Assembly: GCF_000237865.1 (NCBI RefSeq)
Contig: NC_017459.1
Coordinates: 210,001 to 242,000 of the forward strand
Direction: 5' to 3'
DNA: 32,000 bases
Source of the DNA: Haloquadratum walsbyi C23
GTDB lineage: Archaea; Halobacteriota; Halobacteria; Halobacteriales; Haloferacaceae
In this document: positions 10,309 to 18,963 of the stretch, one piece after another
Layout of the letters: each line of letters begins with the position of its first letter
How positions within the stretch are numbered: the stretch's first letter is position 1
Program-made: the position numbers and the translations under genes
The notes under the pieces: model-generated
The model's database searches: none
What the model was told of the DNA's origin: nothing
The model's input: only the letters and a program-made list of their open reading frames with translations

Positions 10309-10779
10309 ATGAGTACAGAGCTTGGTATTTTCGCTCGGTATTTTACACAAATTGATCGAGCTATCGCAGTCGGGCTTGCAAGTGGACGTGTCGTGAGCGT
10401 CGATTTTCAACCGACAGTCCCGAGTGATGCTGATGATGATCACGCATTACTCGATCGTATTAATACATATCTCAACGGTGACTCAGACCATCTCGCAGAC
10501 GTCGATATTGCACTCACTGTCCCAACAGACCAACGGCGTGTGCTGGAGGCAACACGAAATGTTCCATATGGCGAAGAGGTAAGTCTCGACCGCATTCTCC
10601 GGATGGCGGGACTTGATGAAGATAAGACGGATGATCAATCAACTGCCCAGCGTGCGCTTGCTGAGAACCCAATCCCGTTGATTGTTCCTGATCATCGTGT
10701 CCGAGATGCGCCAAGCGGGGCGCCATCGGATGTTATTACACAACTTCAAGATATAGAGCAGATTGAAACAGTATCGTGA
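10309..10779 (+). CDS. MGMT-family (O6-alkylguanine alkyltransferase-like) protein lacking the catalytic cysteine
   Basis: The DNA-binding domain signature RRVLEATRNVPYGEEVS ... ENPIPLIVPDHRV aligns to the canonical NPIPIxIPCHRV. The Cys position is Asp (GAT at 10690-10692). Confidence 0.8.
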   Translation: MSTELGIFARYFTQIDRAIAVGLASGRVVSVDFQPTVPSDADDDHALLDRINTYLNGDSDHLADVDIALTVPTDQRRVLEATRNVPYGEEVSLDRILRMAGLDEDKTDDQSTAQRALAENPIPLIVPDHRVRDAPSGAPSDVITQLQDIEQIETVS

Positions 10780-10924
10780 ATGACATATGAGAGTCATATC
10801 AAAAAATTCTGTCCCGACTTGGCAGTGTATTGACCACCCACCGCAAAGTTGATACCATACAGTGTGCGCTGCCCTTTCCATTTTTTAGGTCTGACTTTGA
10901 TCACATACGGGGAATAAGCAACTC

Positions 10925-11374
10925 TTATTCCTCAGATCCAGCCTCAATACGGGTTCGAAGATTCTCAAGTGCTGTAGTAAGTTCACGCTCATTATATCGC
11001 TCAGCGAATGGCTTGACGACCGAATCCAGAACTGGCACGGGAATATCGTACTGTGCAGTGTATGAGAATATGGTCGTCTCTCCATCAGCCTCAAAAGCCC
11101 ATTTAATCTCACCAGTAATATCACCGTCCATCTCCCAGTGGATGGCTGATTCGGGTTCATACGTTGTTGCCGTGATCTCACCGGTAAGATCAATTCCAGC
11201 CATTGAATATGTATATGCAACGCGTTTTCCCCCATTCGAGAGTTCTTCAATCGGTTTAGAGCGCGTCAGACTTGGTGTGAATTCTGGTTGATTTGTTGGA
11301 TCATCCAAATACTCAAACACCACTGCAACAGGAGCATCAATGTGCGTTGTTGCTGTGACATCAGTTCGTGTCAT
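10925..11374 (-). CDS. SRPBCC (START/polyketide-cyclase-like) family protein
   Basis: The 149 aa protein has an N-terminus, THIDAPVAVVFEYLDDPTNQPEFTPSL, typical of SRPBCC ligand-binding proteins. Confidence 0.7.
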   Translation of the reverse strand: MTRTDVTATTHIDAPVAVVFEYLDDPTNQPEFTPSLTRSKPIEELSNGGKRVAYTYSMAGIDLTGEITATTYEPESAIHWEMDGDITGEIKWAFEADGETTIFSYTAQYDIPVPVLDSVVKPFAERYNERELTTALENLRTRIEAGSEE

Positions 11375-11404
11375 AGTTCACATACTGCTCTCTACTGCAA
11401 AGAA

Positions 11405-12403
11405 TCACGTGTCCGACATAGAATATAATTCAATATCAAACCCCTCATGTACGATAAATTCGAGCGCATTCACGATATAATGTGCGATAATCACAATAAG
11501 AAGACTATTACTCAGAACAAAAACAGCCGCGAGGACAAATCCAAACACCCCTGTCACGGCAATCCCGATTCGTCCCTGCGCTCCGTGTCCAAGCGCAAAT
11601 GCAAGAGATGAAACAACCGCTAAAATCCATGGTGAGACATTGTACCCGGTGGCAATGACGCCTATGAGCGCACCGCGAAATAATAATTCCTCAAATCCCG
11701 CAATAATCGGTAACACAACAAACAAAAGCACAACCCATCCACGTGATGTCTCGGGGGCAAGTGCAGACCGGAGTGTCTCGCCATTGTCAACCCCAAAGTG
11801 CGCGCCAAGTCCCGACCCAACCTCATTGCCAATATATAGAATAACACCCGTGCCGACCCCTAAAGCAAGTATGAGCGCTTTCGTCGGACCCATCCCAACA
11901 CCAAATGCTGAGACAGGAATGCGCGCAATCCATGCACCACTAATCAACAACATTGCGAATAGTCCCTGTGAAATAGTAACATTAGCAAGTAACGCTATCG
12001 TTGATAGCCGTGTCTGATAGCTCTCATGCTCATCATCAGCGTGTTTTACATCGGTAATTGCCGTATCGCCTGAGGGTACAATATGATCAGTTGTCTTGGT
12101 AGATGACTGAGTCGGACCGACTGTATCGTTCGTATCACTCTCGTTGTTCTGCTCTGCGTTAGAATCTGATTCTGTGTGTGTAGCTGTTATGACGGGTTCA
12201 GAGAGTTCTTCAGCTACATAATCTTGATATGAATGTGAACGTGGTTCCGAATCTTCCGTCTGATTCTGGGTAATATCACCAGCTATCGTCGAAGCGTCCA
12301 TATCTGAGGTAGTATTGATCGCTCCACGTGAAGCGTGTGAGAGAACCAGAAGCCCGGCAGTAATAATAAATGTAAATCCAACGAAGGTTGCCCATTGTGG
12401 CAT
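11405..12403 (-). CDS. CPBP-family intramembrane glutamic endopeptidase (CAAX/Abi type)
   Basis: Carries the three CPBP motifs: EELLFRGALIG, FALGHG and HYIVNA. It has several hydrophobic helices and a Ser/Thr/Asp-rich linker of about 100 aa after the first helix. It lies immediately downstream of lonB on the same strand. Confidence 0.88.
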   Translation of the reverse strand: MPQWATFVGFTFIITAGLLVLSHASRGAINTTSDMDASTIAGDITQNQTEDSEPRSHSYQDYVAEELSEPVITATHTESDSNAEQNNESDTNDTVGPTQSSTKTTDHIVPSGDTAITDVKHADDEHESYQTRLSTIALLANVTISQGLFAMLLISGAWIARIPVSAFGVGMGPTKALILALGVGTGVILYIGNEVGSGLGAHFGVDNGETLRSALAPETSRGWVVLLFVVLPIIAGFEELLFRGALIGVIATGYNVSPWILAVVSSLAFALGHGAQGRIGIAVTGVFGFVLAAVFVLSNSLLIVIIAHYIVNALEFIVHEGFDIELYSMSDT

Positions 12404-12528
12404 TAATACTAGTTCAATGGTGACGCATAATTAGCTTGAATGGTCTCTTCGGATACCGTATTGAAAAATAGTAACATAGACGTCAAACAAAAAGAAAAAG
12501 AAAGAGACCGCGGGTAATCCGCGTGTTA

Positions 12529-14778
12529 TTATTGCGGACTTGGGTTTGACGGTCCAGAGACCGTTTCGTTCTTACTCTGTGAAAGAGCCGATCCGGTAAT
12601 ACTCTTAAGCCGCGCAACAAGTGAGTCTTTTTCAGCTTCACCTTCGAGAGCAATGTCAAGCACTTCGCTGATATGTGAGACGGGAATGATTTCAACCATT
12701 TCCTCGTATTCTTCCTCAATCATTACATCCTGTGAATTTGCTGCTGGGATGATGATTCGCTCACACCCGGATTTGGCGGCTGCCTCAATCTTGTGTGTGA
12801 CGCCACCAACTGGCAGAACGTCACCACGGACGGAGAGACTGCCCGTCATTGCGAGTGATTGATCGACACCAACGTTTTCAAGTGCCGAAATTACTGCTGT
12901 TGCGACAGTAATTGATGCTGAATCACCGTCAACACCCTGTTGTCCTGTCTGAACAAACTGGATATGCATATCTTTCTCAGAAATGTTCTCATCAGAGAAT
13001 TTCTTGATGATCGCAGAGACATTATCAACAGCCTCTTGTGCCATTTCTTTGAGTTGTCCAGTTGCAATGACCTGACCAGGACCCTGTGATGGTGTTACCT
13101 CTGCCATCACGGGAAGCATAATACCTGAGTCTTCGCCCATCACAGCCAGACCATTCACACGACCAGCCTGGTAGCCATCGGATACCTGAAGTTCGTAGTC
13201 TTTCCGGCGCTCAATGTAGTCATCAGCAAGCTGCTGTTCAATTGACCGACTACGTCCTTTCGCCTGCAGCACGTGATCGCGTCTGACGTAATCAGCATCT
13301 GCAGCGCGGGCAATATCACCAGCAACTCGGACAAGACCGCCGAGATTTCTGAGCTCAAGCGTGAGGTGCCCCTTTCGACCAGCGCGGCGACGAGCCTCAA
13401 GAATGATTTCCTCAATTGCTTCAGCGTTGTAATCTGGAAGTCGACCGTCTTTATTGACTTCCTGAGCAATAAATCGAGTGTACTTTCGCCGCATATCTGG
13501 AGTATCCTCAATGGTATCATCCATGTACACTTCATATCCGTATCCCTTGATTCGTGACCGAAGTGCAGGATGCATATTCTCCATTGCATCAAGATTCCCT
13601 GCAGCAATCATAATGAAGTCTGTTGGGACCGCCTCTGTCTGGACCATTGCACCTGAGGATCGTTCAGACTGTCCAGTAATTGAGAATTCTCCCTCCTGGA
13701 TAGCGGTCATCAAATGCTGTTGACTGCGAATATCAAGGGTATTGATCTCATCGATGTACAGCACACCCTTATTCGCTTTATGAATTGATCCAGGTTCGAC
13801 ACGGTCGTGACTTGGTGTTTCCATGCCACCTGATTGGAATGGGTCATGGCGAACATCACCAAGGAGTGCACCTGCATGAGCACCCGTTGCGTCCTCAAAC
13901 GGTGCCGTTGCCGTGTCAGCATTGTTGACGATGAGGTTTGGAATCATCGCATCGCCACCGCGCGATCCATAGCGGAATGCAAGGTAAATAACACCAGCAG
14001 CAAGAATCCCAAGTAGAATTTGACCAGCAATGATGAGTGAGTATCCAAGAACAATTGCGATGATGATCCACATAAGGAACGAGCGCATTTGATTCCGCTT
14101 GCGTGCCTCCTCTTTGTGGGCATCGACAATCTGGTCACCCTTCCCGGCTGGGACTGTTCGAACTTTCGGATTATTGCCATCATCTGGGTTATGATAGACA
14201 AGAACGTCCTGAAGCTCCTCTTTTGGAAGAAGTTCTGACATTGCTTTTGCAAGCATTGACTTTCCTGTTCCAGGGGAGCCGATCATCATCACGTGTCGTC
14301 GCTGCTTCGCCGCCTTCATGACGACGTCTCGTGCGTGTTCTTGCCCAATGACTTGGTCGACAAGTCGGTCTGGGACGTCAATCTCGGCTGTTGAGCTAAT
14401 TTTTAATCCGCCGAGGAGGTCATCTTCGTCAACATCGTCTTTAACCTCAGCGTCAACCTCAACATCGCTGCCGAGTTCTTCAATTGACCCGTTCTCACGG
14501 TCTGTGGGACCGTCTGGATCAACCGTGTCAACAGAGTCATTATAGCTATCATGGCCACGGTCGCGGTCACCGCGATCATCGTGGTCTTCGCGGCCGGAAT
14601 CATCGCTACGGCCATCGGCACCTGCATTGGCGCCAGTATCAGTATCAGTACCGGCTTCGGCGTTGGCATGTTCCTCAGAGAGCCCATCATCGCCATGTTG
14701 TGACGAGTCTGGCGTCTCATCGGTAAAGCCGCTGCCCTCTGCCGGAGGGTTCTCGTCTGAGTCCGTATCGTTACTCAT
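12529..14778 (-). CDS. lonB: Archaeal membrane-bound Lon protease (LonB)
   Basis: Has the Walker A motif GSPGTGKS, a transmembrane insertion within the AAA+ module (FLMWIIIAIVLGYSLIIAGQILLGILAAGVIYLAF), and the protease Ser in GDSASITVA with Lys in GGVTHKIEAA. The tracked ORF begins at GTG 14814. I prefer the ATG at 14778 (MSNDTDSD...). About 130 aa of acidic extension precede the conserved core. Confidence 0.95.
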   Translation of the reverse strand: MSNDTDSDENPPAEGSGFTDETPDSSQHGDDGLSEEHANAEAGTDTDTGANAGADGRSDDSGREDHDDRGDRDRGHDSYNDSVDTVDPDGPTDRENGSIEELGSDVEVDAEVKDDVDEDDLLGGLKISSTAEIDVPDRLVDQVIGQEHARDVVMKAAKQRRHVMMIGSPGTGKSMLAKAMSELLPKEELQDVLVYHNPDDGNNPKVRTVPAGKGDQIVDAHKEEARKRNQMRSFLMWIIIAIVLGYSLIIAGQILLGILAAGVIYLAFRYGSRGGDAMIPNLIVNNADTATAPFEDATGAHAGALLGDVRHDPFQSGGMETPSHDRVEPGSIHKANKGVLYIDEINTLDIRSQQHLMTAIQEGEFSITGQSERSSGAMVQTEAVPTDFIMIAAGNLDAMENMHPALRSRIKGYGYEVYMDDTIEDTPDMRRKYTRFIAQEVNKDGRLPDYNAEAIEEIILEARRRAGRKGHLTLELRNLGGLVRVAGDIARAADADYVRRDHVLQAKGRSRSIEQQLADDYIERRKDYELQVSDGYQAGRVNGLAVMGEDSGIMLPVMAEVTPSQGPGQVIATGQLKEMAQEAVDNVSAIIKKFSDENISEKDMHIQFVQTGQQGVDGDSASITVATAVISALENVGVDQSLAMTGSLSVRGDVLPVGGVTHKIEAAAKSGCERIIIPAANSQDVMIEEEYEEMVEIIPVSHISEVLDIALEGEAEKDSLVARLKSITGSALSQSKNETVSGPSNPSPQ

Positions 14779-14943
14779 AGAATGCGTCGCTATGGAGAAT
14801 AAAGGCTGGAACACTCATATACTTTCTCCCCATTTCATCGTGATAAACAAGCGATAATCCCCGGTGAGAGTACCGATATTACCCAAATCAGGAAACCCGG
14901 TTGACTCGGATTATTTATTTGTGATGGTCACAACAAGAAAGAT

Positions 14944-15579
14944 ATGCGGGGGTTCTATATCGGTCGATTTCAGCCATATCACAACGGGCATCATAAGATG
15001 GTTGAAGCGATTACGACTGAGGTCGATGAATTAGTGCTTGGGATTGGGTCAGCCGGGCACTCACACACACAGCGGAATCCATTCACCGCCGGTGAACGGG
15101 TAATGATGGTGACGAAATCAGTTGCTGATTTTGATATTACAACATATGCAGTGCCGATTGAGGATCTTGACCGAAACTCTGTATGGGTCAGTCATGTTCA
15201 AAGCATGTCTCCAACATTCGATGTTGCATACTCAAATAATCCTCTTGTAATCCAATTATTCAGCGAAGCAGACGTTGAGGTTCGACAATCGCCGATGTTT
15301 AATCGCGATATCCTGAAAGGAAGTACGCTTCGGGACCGAATGGTGCGCAATGAGGACTGGCAGTCACTTGTCCCAACTCAGGTTATTGATGTAATTGAGG
15401 AAATAAATGGTATTGAACGAATGCGTCGACTTGGCGCAACAGACACTCTCAAAGACAACACCGAAATGAGTGAGACCGTCGAGAATACACTCAATGATCA
15501 GATCGAGACACGGAGTGACGATATGGATGAGAACTCAAATCCAAGTCCAAACCAGAATCCAGGCACAACTGAGCGATGA
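14944..15579 (+). CDS. nadM: Nicotinamide-nucleotide adenylyltransferase (archaeal NMNAT)
   Basis: The N-terminus MRGFYIGRFQPYHNGHHKMVE contains the nucleotidyltransferase (H/T)xGH motif. The archaeal NMNAT core of about 170 aa is followed by a 40 aa polar tail. Confidence 0.9.
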   Translation: MRGFYIGRFQPYHNGHHKMVEAITTEVDELVLGIGSAGHSHTQRNPFTAGERVMMVTKSVADFDITTYAVPIEDLDRNSVWVSHVQSMSPTFDVAYSNNPLVIQLFSEADVEVRQSPMFNRDILKGSTLRDRMVRNEDWQSLVPTQVIDVIEEINGIERMRRLGATDTLKDNTEMSETVENTLNDQIETRSDDMDENSNPSPNQNPGTTER

Positions 15580-16376
15580 TTACCCTTTCATCTGATTTTG
15601 GCTCACCGTACCCTGCTGCGATGAAGGGTGTGATACTACAGACGACTGATGCCCGGCTCATTGATGTGACACATGAACTCCCCCGACAGGATGTCCGAGC
15701 GGCGGCGTTTTGGTGTCGAGAGATAATTCCGTATTTTCCATCAGCAGTTCATGTTATTGTTGTTGACCCTGGCGTTGGAACTGATCGTGATGCGATTATG
15801 ATTCGAGTTGGTGATCATGCTCTAATCGGTCCAGATAATGGTGTTCTTCGACCAGTTGCCCGTCAACTCGGTGAGCAGTTGCAAGATGAAACAATGGGTC
15901 TGAAAAATAATATTGAGTACTTCCGGTATGAATATACAGAGCCTCAGTCAGCAACATTTCATGGTCGTGATGTATTTGCGCCAGCTGCCGCCGCGATACA
16001 TGACTGTGGGATTGCTTCCGTAGAAACACTTGATGCAGTGACATCTGTTCCTGCCACGGCAACAGTGCAATGTAAGTTCCCATCAGCAACAATCGACACT
16101 GACGATACGACCGCAACGGGTGAAGTATTAGTTATCGATGATTTTGGCAACATAATAACGAATATTCCAGGATCATTTCTTGCTGACCGGGCTGGTGAGA
16201 TGGCTACAGTCGGGACAACAACCGCAGAAGTAACATCGACATTTGCTGATGTTGATACCGGTGACCCATTGCTCACTGTTGGGAGTCATGGTTTTGTTGA
16301 GTGCGATGTCAACCATGGGCGAGGGACGGAGATATTTGAACTTGAGGTTAAAGATACCGTTCAAATAAGGTTTTGA
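15576..16376 (+). CDS. S-adenosyl-L-methionine hydroxide adenosyltransferase family protein (DUF62, SAM hydrolase)
   Basis: Motifs ITLSSDFGSPYPAAMKGVI, VVDPGVGT, IGPDNGVL and FHGRDVFAP are characteristic of the DUF62/SalL-FlA superfamily. It shares a 4-nt ATGA overlap with nadM. Confidence 0.88.
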   Translation: MITLSSDFGSPYPAAMKGVILQTTDARLIDVTHELPRQDVRAAAFWCREIIPYFPSAVHVIVVDPGVGTDRDAIMIRVGDHALIGPDNGVLRPVARQLGEQLQDETMGLKNNIEYFRYEYTEPQSATFHGRDVFAPAAAAIHDCGIASVETLDAVTSVPATATVQCKFPSATIDTDDTTATGEVLVIDDFGNIITNIPGSFLADRAGEMATVGTTTAEVTSTFADVDTGDPLLTVGSHGFVECDVNHGRGTEIFELEVKDTVQIRF

Positions 16377-16438
16377 CCATCGATATTGTTAGATGTGAAG
16401 TAAAATACGCGGCTCAGAGCGTCTGTTTGCTTCCGGAT

Positions 16439-16465
16439 TTATATGCTGAGCAGGCGCAATACCAC
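16439..16465 (+). repeat. Copy A of a 27-nt motif, TTATATGCTGAGCAGGCGCAATACCAC
   Basis: Matches 18964-18990 at 26 of 27 positions, in the same orientation. It begins with a TATA-like TTATAT. Confidence 0.85.
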
Positions 16466-16703
16466 GGCCTTTAGCGCTCCGTGAAACATTTTAAATCATC
16501 GGTCCTATGCAACGGTATCAACAGCTATTCTATGACAATATTTTGAATTGAACTCCTCAATAAGTTCTCAGGAGCACTACACACTAGACGCGAATATGCA
16601 TTGAAGTCCTTGTTTGCATCCCGCAATTGCGGAGAATCGAGGAGAGAGCCTCGCTCTTCAGGTCGGAGAGAATATCAAATATAGATGATACATTATACAC
16701 AAC

Positions 16704-17155
16704 TGACATGCGGCAGATGCAGGCCGGTGAAGTACCTCGGGGATAAGCCCCGAGGCTTCACCGTTTTGTCCGTGTCGCCCGAAAAGTGGGCGGACGGACG
16801 CAGGCGAATTTCATTCCCCTTGACCTTCCCCGAGAGTGTGGGATCGGCTGGAATTAACACCCGAACACCTCGTTGGTGTCCGTGAGGGTCGGTCGCTCTA
16901 CCACGACCCGATAGTGTCCGTCTCACCACGTCGAAGACGCGGGTTTTGAGAAATACCACATTTCCATATCGTGTCTCAGTCAGCGTTAGATTAAGATCTT
17001 TAATCCGTCTTTTGGGTTTTCTGACTGTCCTGATATACTAGGAACGCGGTTTAGTAACTGTTCCGACGGGCTTCACCCCATATGGTCAAGCCCCGAGGCA
17101 CTCGTCCTGCTCTGCCTGTAGATATGTAGCGACAGACTACCGGCAGTTCATGTCT
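16704..17155. other. GC-rich, hairpin-dense non-coding island (candidate structured ncRNA or degenerate mobile-element relic)
   Basis: G+C is visibly higher than in the flanks, and no frame looks protein-like. The ends are complementary (GACATG 16704-16709 / CATGTC 17150-17155). A 15-bp interrupted hairpin is ggtgaag-ta-cctcgggg ataag ccccgagg-cttcacc (16726-16762). Further stems are cgccc/gggcg (16776-16792) and gggtcg/cgaccc (near 16886-16910). Confidence 0.3.
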
Positions 17156-17163
17156 CAATGACT

Positions 17164-18729
17164 TCACTCAGAGGAAATAACGTCGTCAATTCGGACAATC
17201 ATTGTTGTTGCCTCTGTCGCAGCGGTAATTGCTTCATGTTTAACCCCTGCAGGATCGACAATTCCTGCTGTGAGTGGATTCGCAACCTCACCGGTCTGTT
17301 CAGTTGCCACAAGACCAGCACAGTCTTGATCTTCAAATGTTGATCGAAGGTCAACAACAGCATCGATTGGATCCATACCTGTGTTTTGTGCCAATGTCCG
17401 AGGAACAGCATCGACTGCGTCTGCAAACGATTCAACAGCGAGTTGTTGTCGCCCCTCGATTCCGGCTGCTGCAGAGCGAATCGCATCGGAAATTGCGATC
17501 TCGGTACCACCAGCACCAGGGACCACACCACTCTCAAGTGCAACAGTCGTTGCGTTTATTGCATCATCAATTGCACGAGAAAGCTCATCAAGAACGTGGT
17601 CCGTACTTCCACGAACTAATAGGGTTGCTGCTGTGCTTTCAGAACCACCCTCAATAACAGTTAGTTCATCTTCACCGTATGTCTCGGTTGAAACACTATC
17701 GACGGAGCCAAGATCACTCGCTTCGAGTTCTTCAAGCCGACCAAGACGAGACGCCCCGGTCGCACGAGCAACAGTGCGAGCATCATCATCGTCGATGTCC
17801 TCAAATGCAACAATATCCTCACGAGCAAGGTATGATGCAACACGGTCACTGATTGAGTCTGTTGAGAAGACAACATCAGCACCGGCATCTGAGAGGGTTG
17901 ATGCATATTCACGAAGTTCATTATCTTCGGCAGCAACGGCTGCCTCAAGTTGATCGACAGACGAAATCGCGTATTCTGCATCAACCTCACCTTCACGAAG
18001 ATCAAGTTCAACATCGATTACTGCAACAGACGCATCACTCACTGCTGTAGGCATTCCATCAGCAGCACGCTCAGTGTCGATCACAACCCCTTCGAGTAGA
18101 TCTGTCGCAGAGGAAGATGCGCCCGTCTGAGTATGTGTTTTGATATCGTCGGCATCGAATTCATCATTGGCTGCACGGACTCGTTGTACAGCATCAACAA
18201 CAAGACCAGCTAAGCGATCAGCGGTCACGTCACCGGTTCCCTTGCCGGTCATAGATGATTCTGCAACAGACTGAAGAAGTTCATCATCGATTTCAACACT
18301 ATCCGCCTGAGCATCAATAGCGTCGTGTGCTAGCTCTGCAGCCCTGCTGTATCCCTCAGCGACGACAGTTGGATGTAATCCATCGTCAAATAGCGACTCA
18401 GCCTCAGACAGAAGTTCACCTGTCAAGACTGCTGCTGTTGTTGTTCCGTCGCCAACAGATTCCTCCTGTGATTCTGCCACTTCGACAATCATCTGTGCTG
18501 CAGGATGTTCAATATCCATCTCACCAAGGATTGTCGCTCCATCGTTTGTGATTACAACGTCACCACCAGAGTCAACGAGCATTTTATCCATTCCACGCGG
18601 ACCAAGCGTTGTCCGAACAGAACTCGCAACAGCTTTTCCAGCCTGGACATTCGTGTCTTGTGCATCCTCACCGCGAGTACGCTCACTCTCCTCTGTCAGT
18701 ACCGCAAGCGGCTGCATTCGTGTCGACAT
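17164..18729 (-). CDS. Thermosome subunit (group II chaperonin), short form without a C-terminal GGM tail
   Basis: Motifs are [28 protein letters not shown], the ATP-binding GDGTTTAAV and VPGAGGTE. It ends 4 aa after the conserved IDDVI motif. At 521 aa it resembles Cct3-type subunits, but that subunit assignment is tentative. Confidence 0.95.
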   Translation of the reverse strand: MSTRMQPLAVLTEESERTRGEDAQDTNVQAGKAVASSVRTTLGPRGMDKMLVDSGGDVVITNDGATILGEMDIEHPAAQMIVEVAESQEESVGDGTTTAAVLTGELLSEAESLFDDGLHPTVVAEGYSRAAELAHDAIDAQADSVEIDDELLQSVAESSMTGKGTGDVTADRLAGLVVDAVQRVRAANDEFDADDIKTHTQTGASSSATDLLEGVVIDTERAADGMPTAVSDASVAVIDVELDLREGEVDAEYAISSVDQLEAAVAAEDNELREYASTLSDAGADVVFSTDSISDRVASYLAREDIVAFEDIDDDDARTVARATGASRLGRLEELEASDLGSVDSVSTETYGEDELTVIEGGSESTAATLLVRGSTDHVLDELSRAIDDAINATTVALESGVVPGAGGTEIAISDAIRSAAAGIEGRQQLAVESFADAVDAVPRTLAQNTGMDPIDAVVDLRSTFEDQDCAGLVATEQTGEVANPLTAGIVDPAGVKHEAITAATEATTMIVRIDDVISSE

Positions 18730-18761
18730 TGTTATGAAACCTCAACTAAGAAATGCAAGCA

Positions 18762-18774
18762 CTTCTATAAGTAA
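18762..18774 (-). promoter_or_regulatory. Putative TATA element of the thermosome gene
   Basis: The minus strand reads TTACTTATAGAAG, centred about 39 nt upstream of the ATG at 18729. That would give a short leader of about 13 nt. It rests on sequence resemblance only. Confidence 0.3.
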
Positions 18775-18963
18775 CTTACGAACAGAGAATGATTTGAGAA
18801 TCATAGACATACCAATTGATCGCAAGACCACGGTGGGATTGTCGTTTCGATAGTTGGATTAAGAGTGAAGATGAGAATCATGATCATAATTAGTATATCA
18901 GTCGATACTGCCACTGTACAAACTGAGTAATAAACTTGGTGCTATCAGGGAGATCTTTTGTTC

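Noticed and set aside
16391-16452. Possible C/D-box sRNA (GATGTGA ... CTGA) overlapping copy A of the 27-nt motif.
   Set aside because: The C box is imperfect, there is no clear terminal stem or C'/D' pair, and the upstream part is not conserved at copy B.
16724-16762. A 10-mer, gtgaagtacc, in the island A hairpin is identical to part of the right terminal repeat of the ISH3-type IS (3998-4012). This hinted that the hairpin might be an abutted IRR-IRL junction or a MITE.
   Set aside because: A single 10-mer match to a 15-mer query is near chance expectation in 64 kb of two-strand sequence. The rest of the inverted repeat (tcgg...cgaa) is not reproduced.
16704-17155. Tested whether the GC-rich island downstream of the thermosome gene is RNase P RNA or SRP (7S) RNA.
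   Set aside because: The size would suit haloarchaeal RNase P RNA. However, neither strand contains the near-universal GAGGAAAGUCC (CR-I) or the matching ACAGAA-type P4 3' strand, and no SRP helix-8 GGAAGGGAGCA-like motif is present. The nearest look-alikes (GGGGAAGGUCA on the - strand, GCGACAGACUACCGGC on the + strand) are wrongly positioned and cannot form P4 together. It is kept only as an unclassified candidate.
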